From contig NC_085842.1 of the NCBI RefSeq assembly GCF_035594765.1, forward strand, positions 301,739,749 through 301,803,748: a stretch of DNA of 64,000 nt, read 5' to 3'. The notes under the pieces are model-generated. The model was not told the DNA's origin and searched no databases. It worked only from the letters and a program-made list of their open reading frames with translations. Below are positions 37,954-50,968 of this stretch, piece after piece (within the stretch, counting starts at the first letter, position 1; every line of letters begins with the position of its first letter). The stretch is from Anolis carolinensis. Taxonomy: Eukaryota. The translations under genes and the position numbers were made by a program.

Positions 37954-38217
37954 TTTTTTTTTCGTGTCAGGAGCAACCGGAGTTGCTTCTGGAGTGAGAG
38001 AATTGGCCGTCTGCAAGGACGTTGCCCAGGGGACGCCCGGATGTTTTGATGTTTTTACCATCCTTGTGGGAGGCTTCTCTCGTGTCCCCGCATGGAGCTG
38101 GAGCTGATAGAGGGAGCTCATCCACACTCTCCCCAGGTGGGATTCGAACCTGGCAGCTTTCAGGTCAGCAACCCAACCTTCAAGTCACTTAGTCCACTAC
38201 GCCATCTGGGGGCTCCC
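37954..38217 (-). mobile_element. tRNA-derived SINE, Sauria-like head with Vingi-like poly(A) tail
   Basis: B-box ggttcgaatcc on the minus strand; tail ctcctgacacg(A)n; 11-bp TSD atcacagagat. Confidence 0.88.
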
Positions 38218-38941
38218 ATCACAGAGATAAGAGCTTCACATCAGTTAACTGCTAGTTACTCCCAACCAGATAGGTCCATTTAATCCAATATGACAAGTAC
38301 AATGACTATGTACAAAGAAAAAGGACCCATTCCATGTCGTAAAAGATTATTTTTACTATCTCATGAAAGACAGTAAAAGTTATAATATTTCCCAGTACTG
38401 TGTAGTTTATAGAAATGCCAGAAATCTATTCATGAGAGTAAGCACTAGTTTGCCTTCCCTTTAACCACGAAGCCCGACAGCTCCCTTTCCGCAACACACA
38501 GCTACTTCTGGCAGGGTTCTGTGGTTAAAGGGAAGGAGAATTGGCACATGCTGCCACGGGGAATACGAGAGGCTTCCCGTGTTGCACCAGGAACAATGGG
38601 GGGAGGTCGGGCAGTCACCCCCCCCCCCCGATGGGGACTAAGTTCCCCATGCCCCCCCCCCCCCAATAGCCACTGTTGGAATTGCCATGATCCATCACTT
38701 TATTCCTCTGGGAATTGATTGGAAATCGGAGATAATCTGACTGATGATAGTAAGGACTTCCATCAGTGTAATAAAATCTTCTTCAGTCTCCCTTTAGAGC
38801 ATATAATAGATTTCTAATCTGTGCCAGCAGCCAGTTGAGTTTTGAAAACCTGTGGCTTATGATGAAGTTCTCTTTTTGAACCTCAACCAAAATAGTGAAG
38901 TCTGTCTTCTGAACTTCTGAGACCATGATGGGAAGAACCAT

Positions 38942-39179
38942 TTTTTATCATGTCAGAAGCAACTTGTAAGTTGTTTCTGGTGTGAGAGAATTGGCTGTCT
39001 ACAGAGATGGTACCCAAGGGACACCGGATATGTTACTGGGAGGCTTCTCTCATTTCCCCACAAGGTAGAACTGATAGACACTCCATCTCATGGATTCGAA
39101 TCAGCAACCTTCATATCAGCAACCCAACCTTCAGGTCAGCAGTTCACAAGGGTTTAATCCATTGCGCCACCATGGCTCC
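38942..39179 (-). mobile_element. Second, more diverged SINE of the same family
   Basis: Aligns with 37954-38217; 13-bp TSD tgggaagaaccat. Confidence 0.85.
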
Positions 39180-39244
39180 TGGGAAGAACCATAATTAGAT
39201 TCTTAAAGCTGACTACTAATATTTGGATTAAAAAATGAGAGAAA

Positions 39245-39316
39245 GAATATCATAGAATCATAGAATAGTAGAGTTGGAAGAGACCTCATGGGCCATCTAG
39301 TCCAATCCCCTGCCAT
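39245..39316 (-). mobile_element. CR1 LINE extreme 3' end
   Basis: (catagaat)n tail + agagttggaagagacctcatgggccatctagtccaa. Confidence 0.85.
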
Positions 39317-39459
39317 AAATTATCTTTTTAGGAGAAGTTGGCTTTATTTAATATAAATATATTATATATACATTCAAGATAGGAAAATAAAAAATACTCA
39401 ACAATATTACCCTAAATCCAACTGTTAGTTAAAATAAATCATTTAATCATTTGCTTTAT

Positions 39460-39853
39460 TTTATTTATAGTGTCAGAAGTGAGTGGAGAATACAATTATA
39501 ATGCATAAAAAACCCTCACAAACAAAGCATTATGCCAAATTTCCTTTGACCAGAAGCTGGCCACTTCGAGTGCTTCTGATGTTGCTATAAGAAGGTTCCT
39601 CATTGAGCATGTGGCAGGACACAGACTGCATTGTAGTAAGTGGTCTGTGGTTTGTTCTTCTCCACAGTCACATGTCCTGGGCTCCACTTTGTAGCCCTAT
39701 TTCTTAAGGTTGGCTGTGCATCTCATGGTATCAGAGCACAGTCTGTTCAGTGCCTGCCAAATTGCCCAGTCTTCTGTGTGCCCAGGAGGGAATTTCTCAT
39801 TTGGTATCAGCCACTGTTTGATGTTCCATGTTTAGCCTGCCATTTTTGGACTT
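39460..39853 (-). mobile_element. Vingi-like LINE 3' fragment
   Basis: Minus-strand translation CDCGEEQTTDHLLQC...ASFWSK (C-terminal CCHC); 3' end cttctgacactataaataaa. Confidence 0.75.
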
Positions 39854-40529
39854 AGTGATGTGGCAATGCTGGAATGTGAATCAAGCAATCACCTAATCAG
39901 CTTGATGTAAGTGTGGGGATATGCAACACTGAAGGTCAGAAGTTGCATTCCACAAAATAGCTTGACATGCCATGCAAATCAGCAACCATACAGAAACAAC
40001 TCTTAGCAAACTTCATGAGCTAGCATTTGTTTGTGAAGTGGATTTGCATACTCTGCTTATGCCTGGCACCATTTAGACTTACAGATTTATTATAGGATTA
40101 ACTTTGATGAATTACAATCTACTTCCTTAAATACTTTATAATAAACTTAGAGGTTCAGATGTATATACAATGCATAGTCAGATTTGAGGAGTCACTGCCA
40201 ATAATATCAATGGCTAGAATCCTGTTGGTTTTTCCCAACTGAAGTAACCCATTGAATCAATTCTTGAATGGTGATTCAACACATATGTAAATCTATCAGA
40301 TTCAATTACCCTATTCTAGTTGCAGTTATCATAGAATTTGCTGTGACCATGCCCAACATCACTGGAGGCTGATGACTTCCATGTCAGTGAAATGGTGAAT
40401 CTATTATAGATATGAGTTCGAATTTTAAGGAAGCTGTCCAAGTTCTAATGTTGCTTGGTTAACCTTCCATTGAGGTTAGCCTCTCTCCCTCTCTTGGAAA
40501 GGACAATCCAATTAACTTCATGTCATTTT

Positions 40530-41898
40530 GTTTATTCATTCAGTCAGGTTCCCTCCAGAGCTCCGTGTTGGCCGTAGCCACCACCAGCTCCTTCAAAGTC
40601 AAGCCAGTCACTTCAAGGATACCATCCATCCATTTTGCCCTTGGTCGGCCCCTCTTCCTTTTTCCTTCCATTTTCCCCAGCATCATGATCTTCTCCATGC
40701 TTTCCTGTCTTCTCATTATGTGGCCAAAGAACTGCAGCTTTGCTTCTAATATCCTTTCCTACAGTGAGCAGCCGGGCATTATTTCCTGGAGTATGGACTG
40801 GTAGGATCTTCTTGCGGTCCAAGGCACTCTCAGGATTTTTCTCCAACACCACGGTTGGAGCTGTACCACTTATGGTACAGCTCTCACATCCATAGGTTAC
40901 TATGGGGAATATCATTGCTTTAACTATACGGACCTTCACTGCCAGTGTGATGTCTCTACTCTTCTCTATTTATTGAGATTGGTCATTGCTCTCCTCCCAA
41001 GAAATAAACATCTTCTGATTTCCTGGCTGCAGTCTGCATCTGCAGTAATCTTAGTGCCTAGAAATCCAAAATCTGTCACTGCCTCCAGATTTATTTCCCA
41101 GTTATCAATCAGCTTGGTTTCCATAATCTTGGGTGTATTTTACGTTTAACTGCAACCCAGCTTTTGCACTTTCTTCTTTCACCTTGGTTATAAGGCTCAT
41201 CAACTCCTCCTCACTTTCAACCATCAAAGTGGTATCATAAGGTTGTTAATGGTTCTTCCAGAAATTTTAACCCCAGCCTTGGATTTATCAAGCCCCACAC
41301 GTTGCATGATGTGTTCTGCATACAGGTTGAATAGGTAGGGTGAGAGTATACAGCCCTGCCGTATTCCTTTCCCAATTTTGAACCAGTCTGTTGTTCCGTG
41401 GTCTGTTCTTATTGTGGCTACTTGGTCTTTATACAGATTTCTCAGGAGACAGACAAGGTGACTTGGTATCCCCATACCACCAAGAACTTGCCACAATTCA
41501 TTATGATCCACACAGTCAAAGGCTTTAGAATAGTCAATAAAGCAGAAATAGATGATTTTCTGAAACTCCCTGGCTTCCTCCATTATCCAGCAGATATTGG
41601 CAATTTGGTCTCTTGTTCCTCTGCCTTTTCTGAACCCAGCTTTTACATCTGGCAACTCTCGCTTCATGTATTGCTGGAGTCTACCTTGCAGGATCTTGAG
41701 CATTACCTTATTGGCATGTGAAATAAGTGGCACTGTATGAAAGTTTGAGCACTTTTTAGCATTTTCCTTTATTGGTATGGGGCTATAAGTTGAATTTTTT
41801 TCCAATCTGATGGCCATTCTTGTGTTTTCCATATTTGCTGGTAGATGGCATCCATCACCTTGACAGCATCATCTTTCAAGCTTTAAAACAGTTCATGT
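40530..41898 (-). mobile_element. 5'-truncated BovB (RTE clade) LINE with small deletions
   Basis: LISHANKVMLKILQGRL, AGFRKGRGTRDQIANI, CFIDYSKAFDCVDH, GIRQGCILSPYLFNLY, KAMIFPIVTYGCES. Confidence 0.95.
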
Positions 41899-44659
41899 CC
41901 TAATTAATTAATGAACAACCTTAAAGAGTAGCCTTATTTTTTAAAATTGTGAGTAATTTATGTCCTAGCAGAGAGCGAGCAGGAAGGTAATTTGCTATTC
42001 TTTCATACCAGTTGAAAACAACTCCCAAAATATTATTTAAAAGTTAAAAATACTAGCCCGTGACTATATGACTTCATGGCCAGAATTATGTTCCAGCTAG
42101 AGCCAAACCATTCAATCAATTTCTTGAACATGTATGTTTATATAAAGTAAATCAAGTTGATTCAATGCTTCTACTTTATTCAGGATTAAAAACAGACCAA
42201 AATGTGTTTTTAGTCTTCTTCCAAACTGGGGCCTAAGAAATGATGTCTTCCCTGAATTTAGATTCTGCTTCTCTGGTCTACAAAGGAAACCATTGGTGGA
42301 GAAAGGCCAGCTATAAATATAAGCTTTTCCAAGTCTTAGTGAAGTTGCATGACCATCTTTATGAGTTACTTAGAAGCTATATTTTCCCCTAACCCTGTTT
42401 GCACTTAATGAACCCATCCTGTCAACAGTTCCATATGTGCCCAAGGTGATTCATCATTCCCTGAACGAAAGCAAGATAGAAAAACTTAAAACTGGGATTG
42501 AGACCAGCAATATTGTTCATGGGTTGCAACTTTCACAAGAGCCTAAACATATGCCAATTCAGTTAAAGAAGTAAACACATTTTGAGGTCAACCGTTTTTT
42601 CTGTTGTGCCAATTTCTTAGAAGCAGCTGATATAGTGTAAATATTTTTGAATGAAGCTGAAGGACTGGTATGATTGCAACAGTAAAATCCCAGCTCACAT
42701 TTCTAGTTGTATTACCATACTCTTATGGTTCCCAGGCATCTTGTTTTTCACAGAACACCCTATATTTGAGTCCTGTGTCATCCCAAATCCTGGAAATTTT
42801 GTACAGAATCAGTCCCTAACTGTGAAGATTCTTGTTAGTCCAGGATACTTTCTTGTCAGGCTTTGTGTGTGTGTTTGTGGGGTTTTTTTTACAACAAAGT
42901 TTTGAATATTTTCCCTTTTTCTAATTAAAATCCATTGGTTTTGCTAGTGACATTTGTTATGGTTTTAGACTGTGGCACAGTGTATTGTCTCTTTCTACAA
43001 GATTGCCACTTGAGATGTGAGCCCTTCCTTATAGACAAGCACAGGTAATAAATCTTTATGACAAAGTTTATTTTGAATGTGGAGAACAGTACCGTAACCA
43101 TGAAAAGAACCATGTCCCTTCTATATTTAAAAATAATAATTTCCATCTTTTGCACACAGCACTTTGGCACAACATGGCCATCAAGAAGACAGAACATGAA
43201 TTGATGCTCACTGAGTTATGCAGTGATTGCTTCATTAATGAAATGTGATGTTATGCAACCAAGTGTACACCCGAATCTACAATGTTTCATAAACATCCGT
43301 GCTTGTCAATGTGCAAAGGACATACACAACCATGTCCAATACACTATTGTGTACAATGGCATCATGTGTAAAATTTCATTTCCACAATCTTGAACTGAAA
43401 ATGGTCTTTTCTCATCAGAGACCTATGACTTCTAAGACACCAATGGGATTCTAGCCCATCTTTGGTCCTTCCCCTGAACTGTCTAGCTCTAATGGCAAAA
43501 AAGGTGAAGCACATAGATCTTTCCATGGGAACAAATAAGAGAATTGGAGATTGGATCTTTTCTTCCATGCTCAAAGAGGTCTGTCTCTGTTTTTGAAAAG
43601 AAATTTTCCACTATTTGCTTTGTCCCCCAGTGTATTCCTTCAGGGACCTTGGGATTGTATTGTTGGGGAGGCTATGCATCCAGAAAGATTTTGAAGTAGG
43701 AAAAAGGCCATCATCTTGCTTTATTGAAGAATTCAATGTTCTGCTATCTGCCTGAAAGGAGAGTAGACAACAGATGTCATCATGAAATGAACACAAATCA
43801 TCATTCAGAGTTGCCAAAACAGAAAACTTTGTTTTCTTCTTTAAAACATAATTTTGATAAATGATGTCTCTCTGGCTCCTGCATTAATTAGAGTCAGTTG
43901 CATTTAAGAGAGTGGGAAATTGAATTTAGTGTGAGTTTCCATTTTCCCTGTTTGACATAATACAATAATAAGATACAATGGTATCAGGTAGCTTAACATG
44001 TCTTTGTAAAGAGATACATTGTGTAACACAATTTCAGCACAATAGCATGCACAGAAACCATAGCAAAATCTTTTTTGCTGAGTGCTCTCAAAATTGTGGG
44101 CATTTAATTAAAGTGCACCACAACATGATTTTTGTAAGTAGGCAGTTTTCATTCAAATGTCTAAATGGTTTGGAATGTATGGAATTAAAGTAATTACATT
44201 TACGTTTGAATCTCAATGTTCCAAAAATGCTCATTGTTCTGTTAGTCATAGTCTCAAAATGCAGTTTTCATTTTGATAGCTTCTAAAAGCTTCCTCCTTC
44301 TGAAACCACATTTTCTGTTAGTTTTAAATGTCATATTTAGTTTATATAAAACACACTTGGGTAGTAGAAAGGTTTTAAATTAAATTTATACAATTCTTGC
44401 TTCCTGAAATTTGAAGTTGATCTTCCAGTCAAATTCATATCTACTGTACTTCAGTCAGATTTGTATGTTCTGGGCCTTTAGACCATGTTCCCTCCTTTAG
44501 CTGGATCGGGTCCATTGTAAGGGAAGAGTATTAGGAACTTGTGATATTCTAGCTATAGTTAACACCAATTAGAATGGAGTTAACTAGAGGCAATCAGAAA
44601 CAGTATATATATTGTTGGATACCAAAACCAGTATTATCCATGGCTGTGTATTACACTTT

Positions 44660-45022
44660 ATATATCTGGCTGTGAAAGTTGAAAAGTGGAGAAAGCTGAC
44701 AGGAAAACAATCGATTCATTTGAAATATGGCATTGGAAATGTGTCTACATCTGCTCAGGACTGAAAAGACAAATACATGAGTCCTTGAGCAAATCAAGTC
44801 TGGACTCTCTCTAAAAGCCAAGATGACTAAACTGGGACTGTTGTACGACATTCTTAGTAAAGTAGGAAAAGAGGTCAAACATTTTCCAGATGAATAGTTT
44901 CAATCAAGGAAGCCACAGCCTTGAGTCTGCAAGGCCTGAGTAGGTCTCTTGATCATAACGTGACTTGAAGATTTCTCATTCATGGGGTTGCCATAACTGA
45001 AAATTGACATGGTAACAGTTTA
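44660..45022 (+). mobile_element. Old BovB-like 3' fragment
   Basis: tggctgtgaaagttg, aatcgattcatttgaaat, catggggttgccataactga. Confidence 0.65.
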
Positions 45023-45175
45023 ATAGTTTGGAAAATTAGAGACAGAGCCTTCTTGATAGTGACTCAAAGCTTTTTGAAATGCTGTCTGCAAGGAGTTAAA
45101 CATGGTTTTTAACAGATCTGTAAAAACAACCTTTTTTAACATTGCAAGTTGCTTTTGAATACTTGCATCTATATA

Positions 45176-45607
45176 CAGGCAGTCCCCGAGTTACAAACAT
45201 CTGACTTACAAATGACAAATAGTTAAAACTTGGGGTGAAACAACAGGAAGTGAGATAAAAATAAGCCCCTTGGAAGGGAAATTCATTCCTGAATGAGTTA
45301 TCATGGGGGGGGGGGGGAGTGTCTCAACTGAAGCTTTATCTCCAATCCTTGCTTCAAGAACAAACGATTTTTTTCAAAATCTAATTATTACAGGGACAGA
45401 AAGTGAGGGGAAATCTTCTGAACAAGTGCACAGATAGCAAAATAAACACTACAGGGGTGTTAGCTCTTCCCTATGCTATCCAAAGCTAATACGTGTGTGT
45501 GTATGGCTGGAGTTATTCTTAAAATGTACCTGTTCTGACTTACATACATATTCAATTTCAGAACAAACCTACAGAACCTACCTTGCTTGTAACTTGGAGA
45601 CTACCTG
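45176..45607. mobile_element. Tigger-like MITE
   Basis: TIR caggcagtccccgagttacaa / ttgtaacttggagactacctg; TA TSD. Confidence 0.88.
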
Positions 45608-48600
45608 TATTAATTAAAGTCATTTTTAAAATCCATGTATCAGCATGGGAACTTACAGATCCACATTTCTTTATGTAATTTACAGAGAAGGAGATCTACA
45701 ATGTAGACATTCTGTGCTACTGTCACCGGCATAGTCATGAACAGTAACCCCACATTTCAGTCATCTGTCCTTTAAAGTGAATTCTTTATAAAACCATATT
45801 TTTTGGGTAAAGGATGCCACAACAAACCTTTTGCTTGCCGAGCTAGACCAATTGCAGAGACAGCACTTTTGAAAGGGATAGGCCCTTTAGGTCTTACATC
45901 ATTCTTCACAATCAGCCAGTGAGTTTTTGTGGTTTTAGCAGGAATTCACACTGAAGGTTCCTGCTGCCAAATCCACCCACTAACCACACCTTCCCACTCT
46001 TCCTTTCCTCTCTTTATGCATAAGATGGTGCATTTACATTCCATACACAAACACACCTCCCCCTTGTAGTCAGGCTATGCTTTCTTGAGGATAAGGTTGC
46101 ATTGACCTTGTCATTAATGTCTCCGTGTTTACCTGAATACTTATAGCAAAAAACAAGTCACATGTAAAAAGTGCCTAATACTGACAAGTGAAATCACCCC
46201 AAATATCTGGCATATCCAGATGTGTGGGCATGATGCAACAGCATATTAATTAATGCTTCTAACGTATCAATCTATCGTTCCATTAATCGGACCTGTTCTG
46301 CAAGTGGTAAAAGGAAATTTAATTCCCTTTGTTCTCTGCTTTTGATACCCAAGGCTGTCTTACAACAGAGGTGTTCAATGAAATATAGAACAATACATCT
46401 TGTTCCATTGTAACTTGAGAAGATAATTTAAAAGGATATGTCACTTTTCTGGGAGATATATTCTAGGAACTCCCACACCTACACATTTCCTTGGAAATTA
46501 GTCCTGGCTTTTAGGATGTACCATATCATGCTAGTATCTCATTAGCCTAAAATCAACTGATGAAAATCAAGAGGTTGCCATCCAAGGGCAAGGACAGGCA
46601 TCATGCAACCCACTGAAGCTCCAACATAGACCACCATAACTCCTTTGGCTTCTATAACCATTTATATAGGTAAGGGGATATTTTTACTTAAAAAGCAACC
46701 CAGACCCTCTGGAGACATGAGGACAAAGGCATACACTTTTTCCTTGGATTAGTATTTGCAGTGTTTGTATAAATGTTGCCATGATTGCTAATGGAAGCAA
46801 TCAACCTCAACAATCTTGCAGGTAGAACAGGATGAATCAATTTGTAGATTTTTCCATCCCTATTCATTTCAGTGCCACGATACACCCTGTAAAGGAAAAT
46901 AATGAAAGTGAGATGAATGTTCATTAGTCATCTAACCTTTTTAATAGTAGTTTGGGTAACCATTAGTAGTGTTATGTTATTTTGTTTCTTAGTTATGCAC
47001 AAATACTAGCAATATACTAGGGATTTTCCCTCTGTAGAATGGACTCCTTCAAACCATCAAAATATTAATGTTTGTACTAGTGGTGGCAGTTTTATTTATT
47101 TTGTGTCAAAAGCATTGCATATTGTAAAGCAATGCTTTTGGGTTGAAAGATTAGCCATTTACAAGAAACGTTACCAAGGGGATGCCCAACTGTATTTACT
47201 CGTCTTTTAGGATGCTCTTTCTGTGGTGGCAATGGTGAGTTTTCTTTGTTGGTTTCCTTATTCACATGCAGTTTTCTCACTCCTAAATTTGTTCCAGAGT
47301 TTTATGATATTACAGTAAGGGGCGTGAAGCTTGGGGCTGCAGAGGGAGGAAACTCAACGAATCAGTCCTTGACTCAACAGTTAGGTGGATCTCACTGATT
47401 AAATGAGTTTGGTCTGTTTGGGACAAACAACAGGATTGAGCCCTGCACCGTCTTCTTTTACCAACATACTTCTAAGGCAGCTCTCGATTTACATTTGGGT
47501 TGCGTTGCTGATATAAATTAAGAGTGAGATACAGTGGGGGAGCCTATTCCATAGTGAGTCATTGGAACTGTGCATGAGCGGAGAGAAGTAGCCACAAAGA
47601 TAGTAATTTTAATCAATTCACCACCAGCTGTAAAAACATTAAAAATTACAATTTTCTGGCAAGAGAAATATGCAGATTCTTTCCAGAGGGGCATAGGAGG
47701 TAGAAACTGCAGATCCCAAGAAGGCTTGATGCGGGTGAGCTGACTTGCCAATACACATCAGTCCCTTTTCAAAGGAGCATACAAACAAAGGGTAACTGAT
47801 CACAACTGTGTTTTTCAACTGCTTTCTCTAGCAGGCTTCCCTGGTTGAGAAAACACACCAGAAGAGAAAAGGAGGCAGTGCATTTCTTACACACTTTTGC
47901 TACATTAAAAACAAGACAAAAGGTCCTTCCAGAAAACATCCACTGATTAATTCAGTCTTCTGTGATAAGCAGTTTCTATACCATAAGGCATCATTTTTAA
48001 TGCAATGTGCTTAAGCGCTTTTGTTGGCTTGCTTATTCCCTATTATGAATCTCTCACTTCAGCAGGCAGAGAAAACCATTTTCTCCATCCACTTCAAAAC
48101 TCTGAGATTCCCTTTTCTTCCTCCCTTTCATACACTTTCTTCTAAACAGGGAAAGGAAACCCATTACAATGCCAAAATAGCTATTGTTTTCTTCAGCTTT
48201 CCATTCTCCTACTTTCAGTTCAACTCATCCTCTTCACTCACTTGCCTCCCCTGCTTCATTCAACTGCATAAACATACTGGGAGATCTATACTTCATGGCT
48301 GAGACTTTAATTTGTGTGGGTTATATGGAAAGTAATGCCTGTTATGTCATAACTTTATTAATAACATGAGACCTATGCATATATGTGTAATGCAAGTATT
48401 TGTCATCAAAATAGTCTCCAGCAGTAGGTTGTATTTGTGTCACCTTTGAACCTACCTATCAAATCTACTTTGGGCACTAGCACTTTCCACTTAGTTTACA
48501 TCATCAAAGCACCATGAGTAAAGATTTTTCTTCATCTGAAGGAACAAGTGAAAGTCTGAGGGCATCAGATAGTGCTGCAAGTTGGATGTAGCACTACTGC

Positions 48601-48770
48601 CCACTCCATTTATACAAACACCTGTGATGTTGCCACAAAAGGTATGGGATCATACATTATTATGGCATAATTGCATTGCAGTCAGCTGTTTCAGTAGTCT
48701 TCTCTTAATGATGGCTTCTCGAGTGATGCAATGCAGTGGTTACTGTTTATTGTTGTCCTATGCTTAAGGA

Positions 48771-48966
48771 TTCTGCCAACCTAGCAGTTTGAAAACATGC
48801 AAATGTGAGTAGATCAATAGGTACCGCTCCGGCGGGAAGGTAACAGCGCTCCATGCAGTCATGCTGGCCACATGACCTTCGGCTTGGAAATGGAGATGAG
48901 CACCATCTCCCAGAGTCGAACATGACTGGACTTAATGTCAAGGGAAACCTTTTCCTTTACCTTTTT
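48771..48966 (+). mobile_element. 5'-truncated Sauria SINE with an internal deletion
   Basis: Core nearly identical to the 31925 copy; 12-bp TSD tatgcttaagga. Confidence 0.92.
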
Positions 48967-49039
48967 TATGCTTAAGGAAGTCAAGCAAAAACAAACCTTT
49001 GTAATTCCATTGTTTTCTGTACTGAATGCTAGTTTTTAA

Positions 49040-49400
49040 AAATGTTTTGGTTTAGGAGAGGTGGAGTGCTACAACTTTATGAACTGGACCTTGGTCTTTG
49101 GGTCATAGAATTATGCCCAGGTCACATCATTAGTGCAAACATTCCCGAAAAAGGTGTCCTCATGGGCCTCAAATGCTGCCAATGGTTTGCAGTCTCTTCC
49201 CTTTCCAATCAGGTGTTAATCATCAATTAATTGATGTGTTTTCAATACTGGTTTTGCCTTTAATTTTTTTTCACCCATCTTTCTGAACTTTCTATGAATA
49301 TCAACAGCAGTACATCCTTCTTTGATAAAGATGTCAATAAATGCTCCTTGTTTCTGCTTCATATCCATGCCTCTTGCAACACCTAGAACGCTCGATATTA
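49040..49400 (-). pseudogene. Heavily decayed mariner transposase fragment
   Basis: MDMKQKQGAFIDIFIKEGCTAVDIHRK (N-terminus) and NVCTNDVTWA*FYDPKTKVQ...HSTSPKPK, matching the mariner TGDETW..YDPETK..SP.PK motif. Confidence 0.7.
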
Positions 49401-50017
49401 TGTCAGTCATATAGTAAGAATTACTGTATCTGGTGGTGTAATAGTATCACCTTTAGATTACTAGTTTCAGAGAAAATGGCTCAGAGGCACGTAAACTTGA
49501 AATGTTGGTAATGTAAATTGAGACATGTTGGTTCCTGGGAAAGGATCTTACCATATGAGAAAACGTTAGTTCCACCCACTGATTTTCTCCAATTCTTCTT
49601 TTTTCTTTATGTATTTAAATTCATCAGACATGTTGCTTCACATTTGTATCCAGTTCTTGGCAATCTTCAAATGCATTACCCATCACAAAATGGGGAAGCA
49701 TGTGATGCAACACAACAATTTTAAGTACAGAATGGTACTATGAGCAACACCAATTGTTCAGCACTTTCAACAAGGAACAACAGTAAGTAAATTGCTGGTC
49801 AGTATGCACAACACAGAGACACACAATTTCAATGTGGAATAGTGCATTTCCAGAAAGTCTTACAATTTCAAAATTAGATTGGGCTGTTGTCAAACAAACA
49901 ATCTAAATGTGAGCTGTGCCGATATTTGGAAAAGTAGAATGGTGGGAGTGGGGTCAAGTTGTACAAGGACTGGCATTTTTTTCCACATCTGTGCAGTTAC
50001 TAGTTAATCCCTGAAAG

Positions 50018-50175
50018 TTTATTTATTTATTTATTTACTACATTTATTCTCACCCCAGAGGGGACTCAGAGCGGCTTATGAATCAAATGTACATACAATA
50101 TATTATTAGCATAGCACAATATAAGCATTAAATTACTATATTGTACTATATCATTATATGGTAATATTATTAAGT
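50018..50175 (-). mobile_element. L2-type 3' tail remnant
   Basis: (ttta)n + gggactcagagcggctta. Confidence 0.65.
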
Positions 50176-50187
50176 TCAAGAGGTGTG

Positions 50188-50285
50188 CATAGAATCATAG
50201 AATCATAGAATAGTAGAGATGGAAGAGACCTCATGGGCCATCCAGTCCAATCCCCTGCCAAGAAGCAGGAAATCGCATTCAAAGC
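50188..50285 (-). mobile_element. CR1 LINE extreme 3' end
   Basis: (catagaat)3 + ggaagagacctcatgggccatccagtccaa; near-identical to 39245. Confidence 0.88.
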
Positions 50286-50528
50286 AGTAATCATAATGTT
50301 GGAAGTGCAATGGTACTCAACATTTTAAAGAGTTAAATGGGTCTTAGAGACATCAGCAGTGATACAGTTGATTCATATTTCAGTGACCTAAAATCTCCTC
50401 TTGTCTTATTGAACCTATACTAGCCACTGTTAAGAGTGATATTCGCTGGGGTCACTTCACCATTTCCCTCTATCCCCTTTTCTCTCTTTTACTTCTCCAA
50501 AAATATGACTCTTCTAGTACTCACCTAT

Positions 50529-50565
<37 letters not shown>

Positions 50566-50968
50566 GACCACTGTTCTCCTGATATAGGGACTCAAGTAGC
50601 TAAGAATAGATATGCCACAATGCAAATTAAAGCAATGCAAATGCATTAAAATATAAATAGAAAAATAAAAATTGAACAATTTGTATCATTAAACCTATTA
50701 ACTATTAAAATGCATTTAAATTCCACAACCACCCCAAATTCTCAAGTACAGCATCCACAAAAGCAAAAGTTCATAAATGGCCAACTGAAGAAGCATTTGT
50801 GGACTGGCTGTTCAACCTATATCCCATCTGGAGCAGTAATACTCTGGATTGGCCATGGAGGTGACTGCAAACTCTATCTGCAATTCTATGTCATCACAGC
50901 AAGCAATTCCTATGTACTACCAAATCCGAAGGGGTGGCATCATGCAATTTCTAGGTTTTCCCCCAGCT

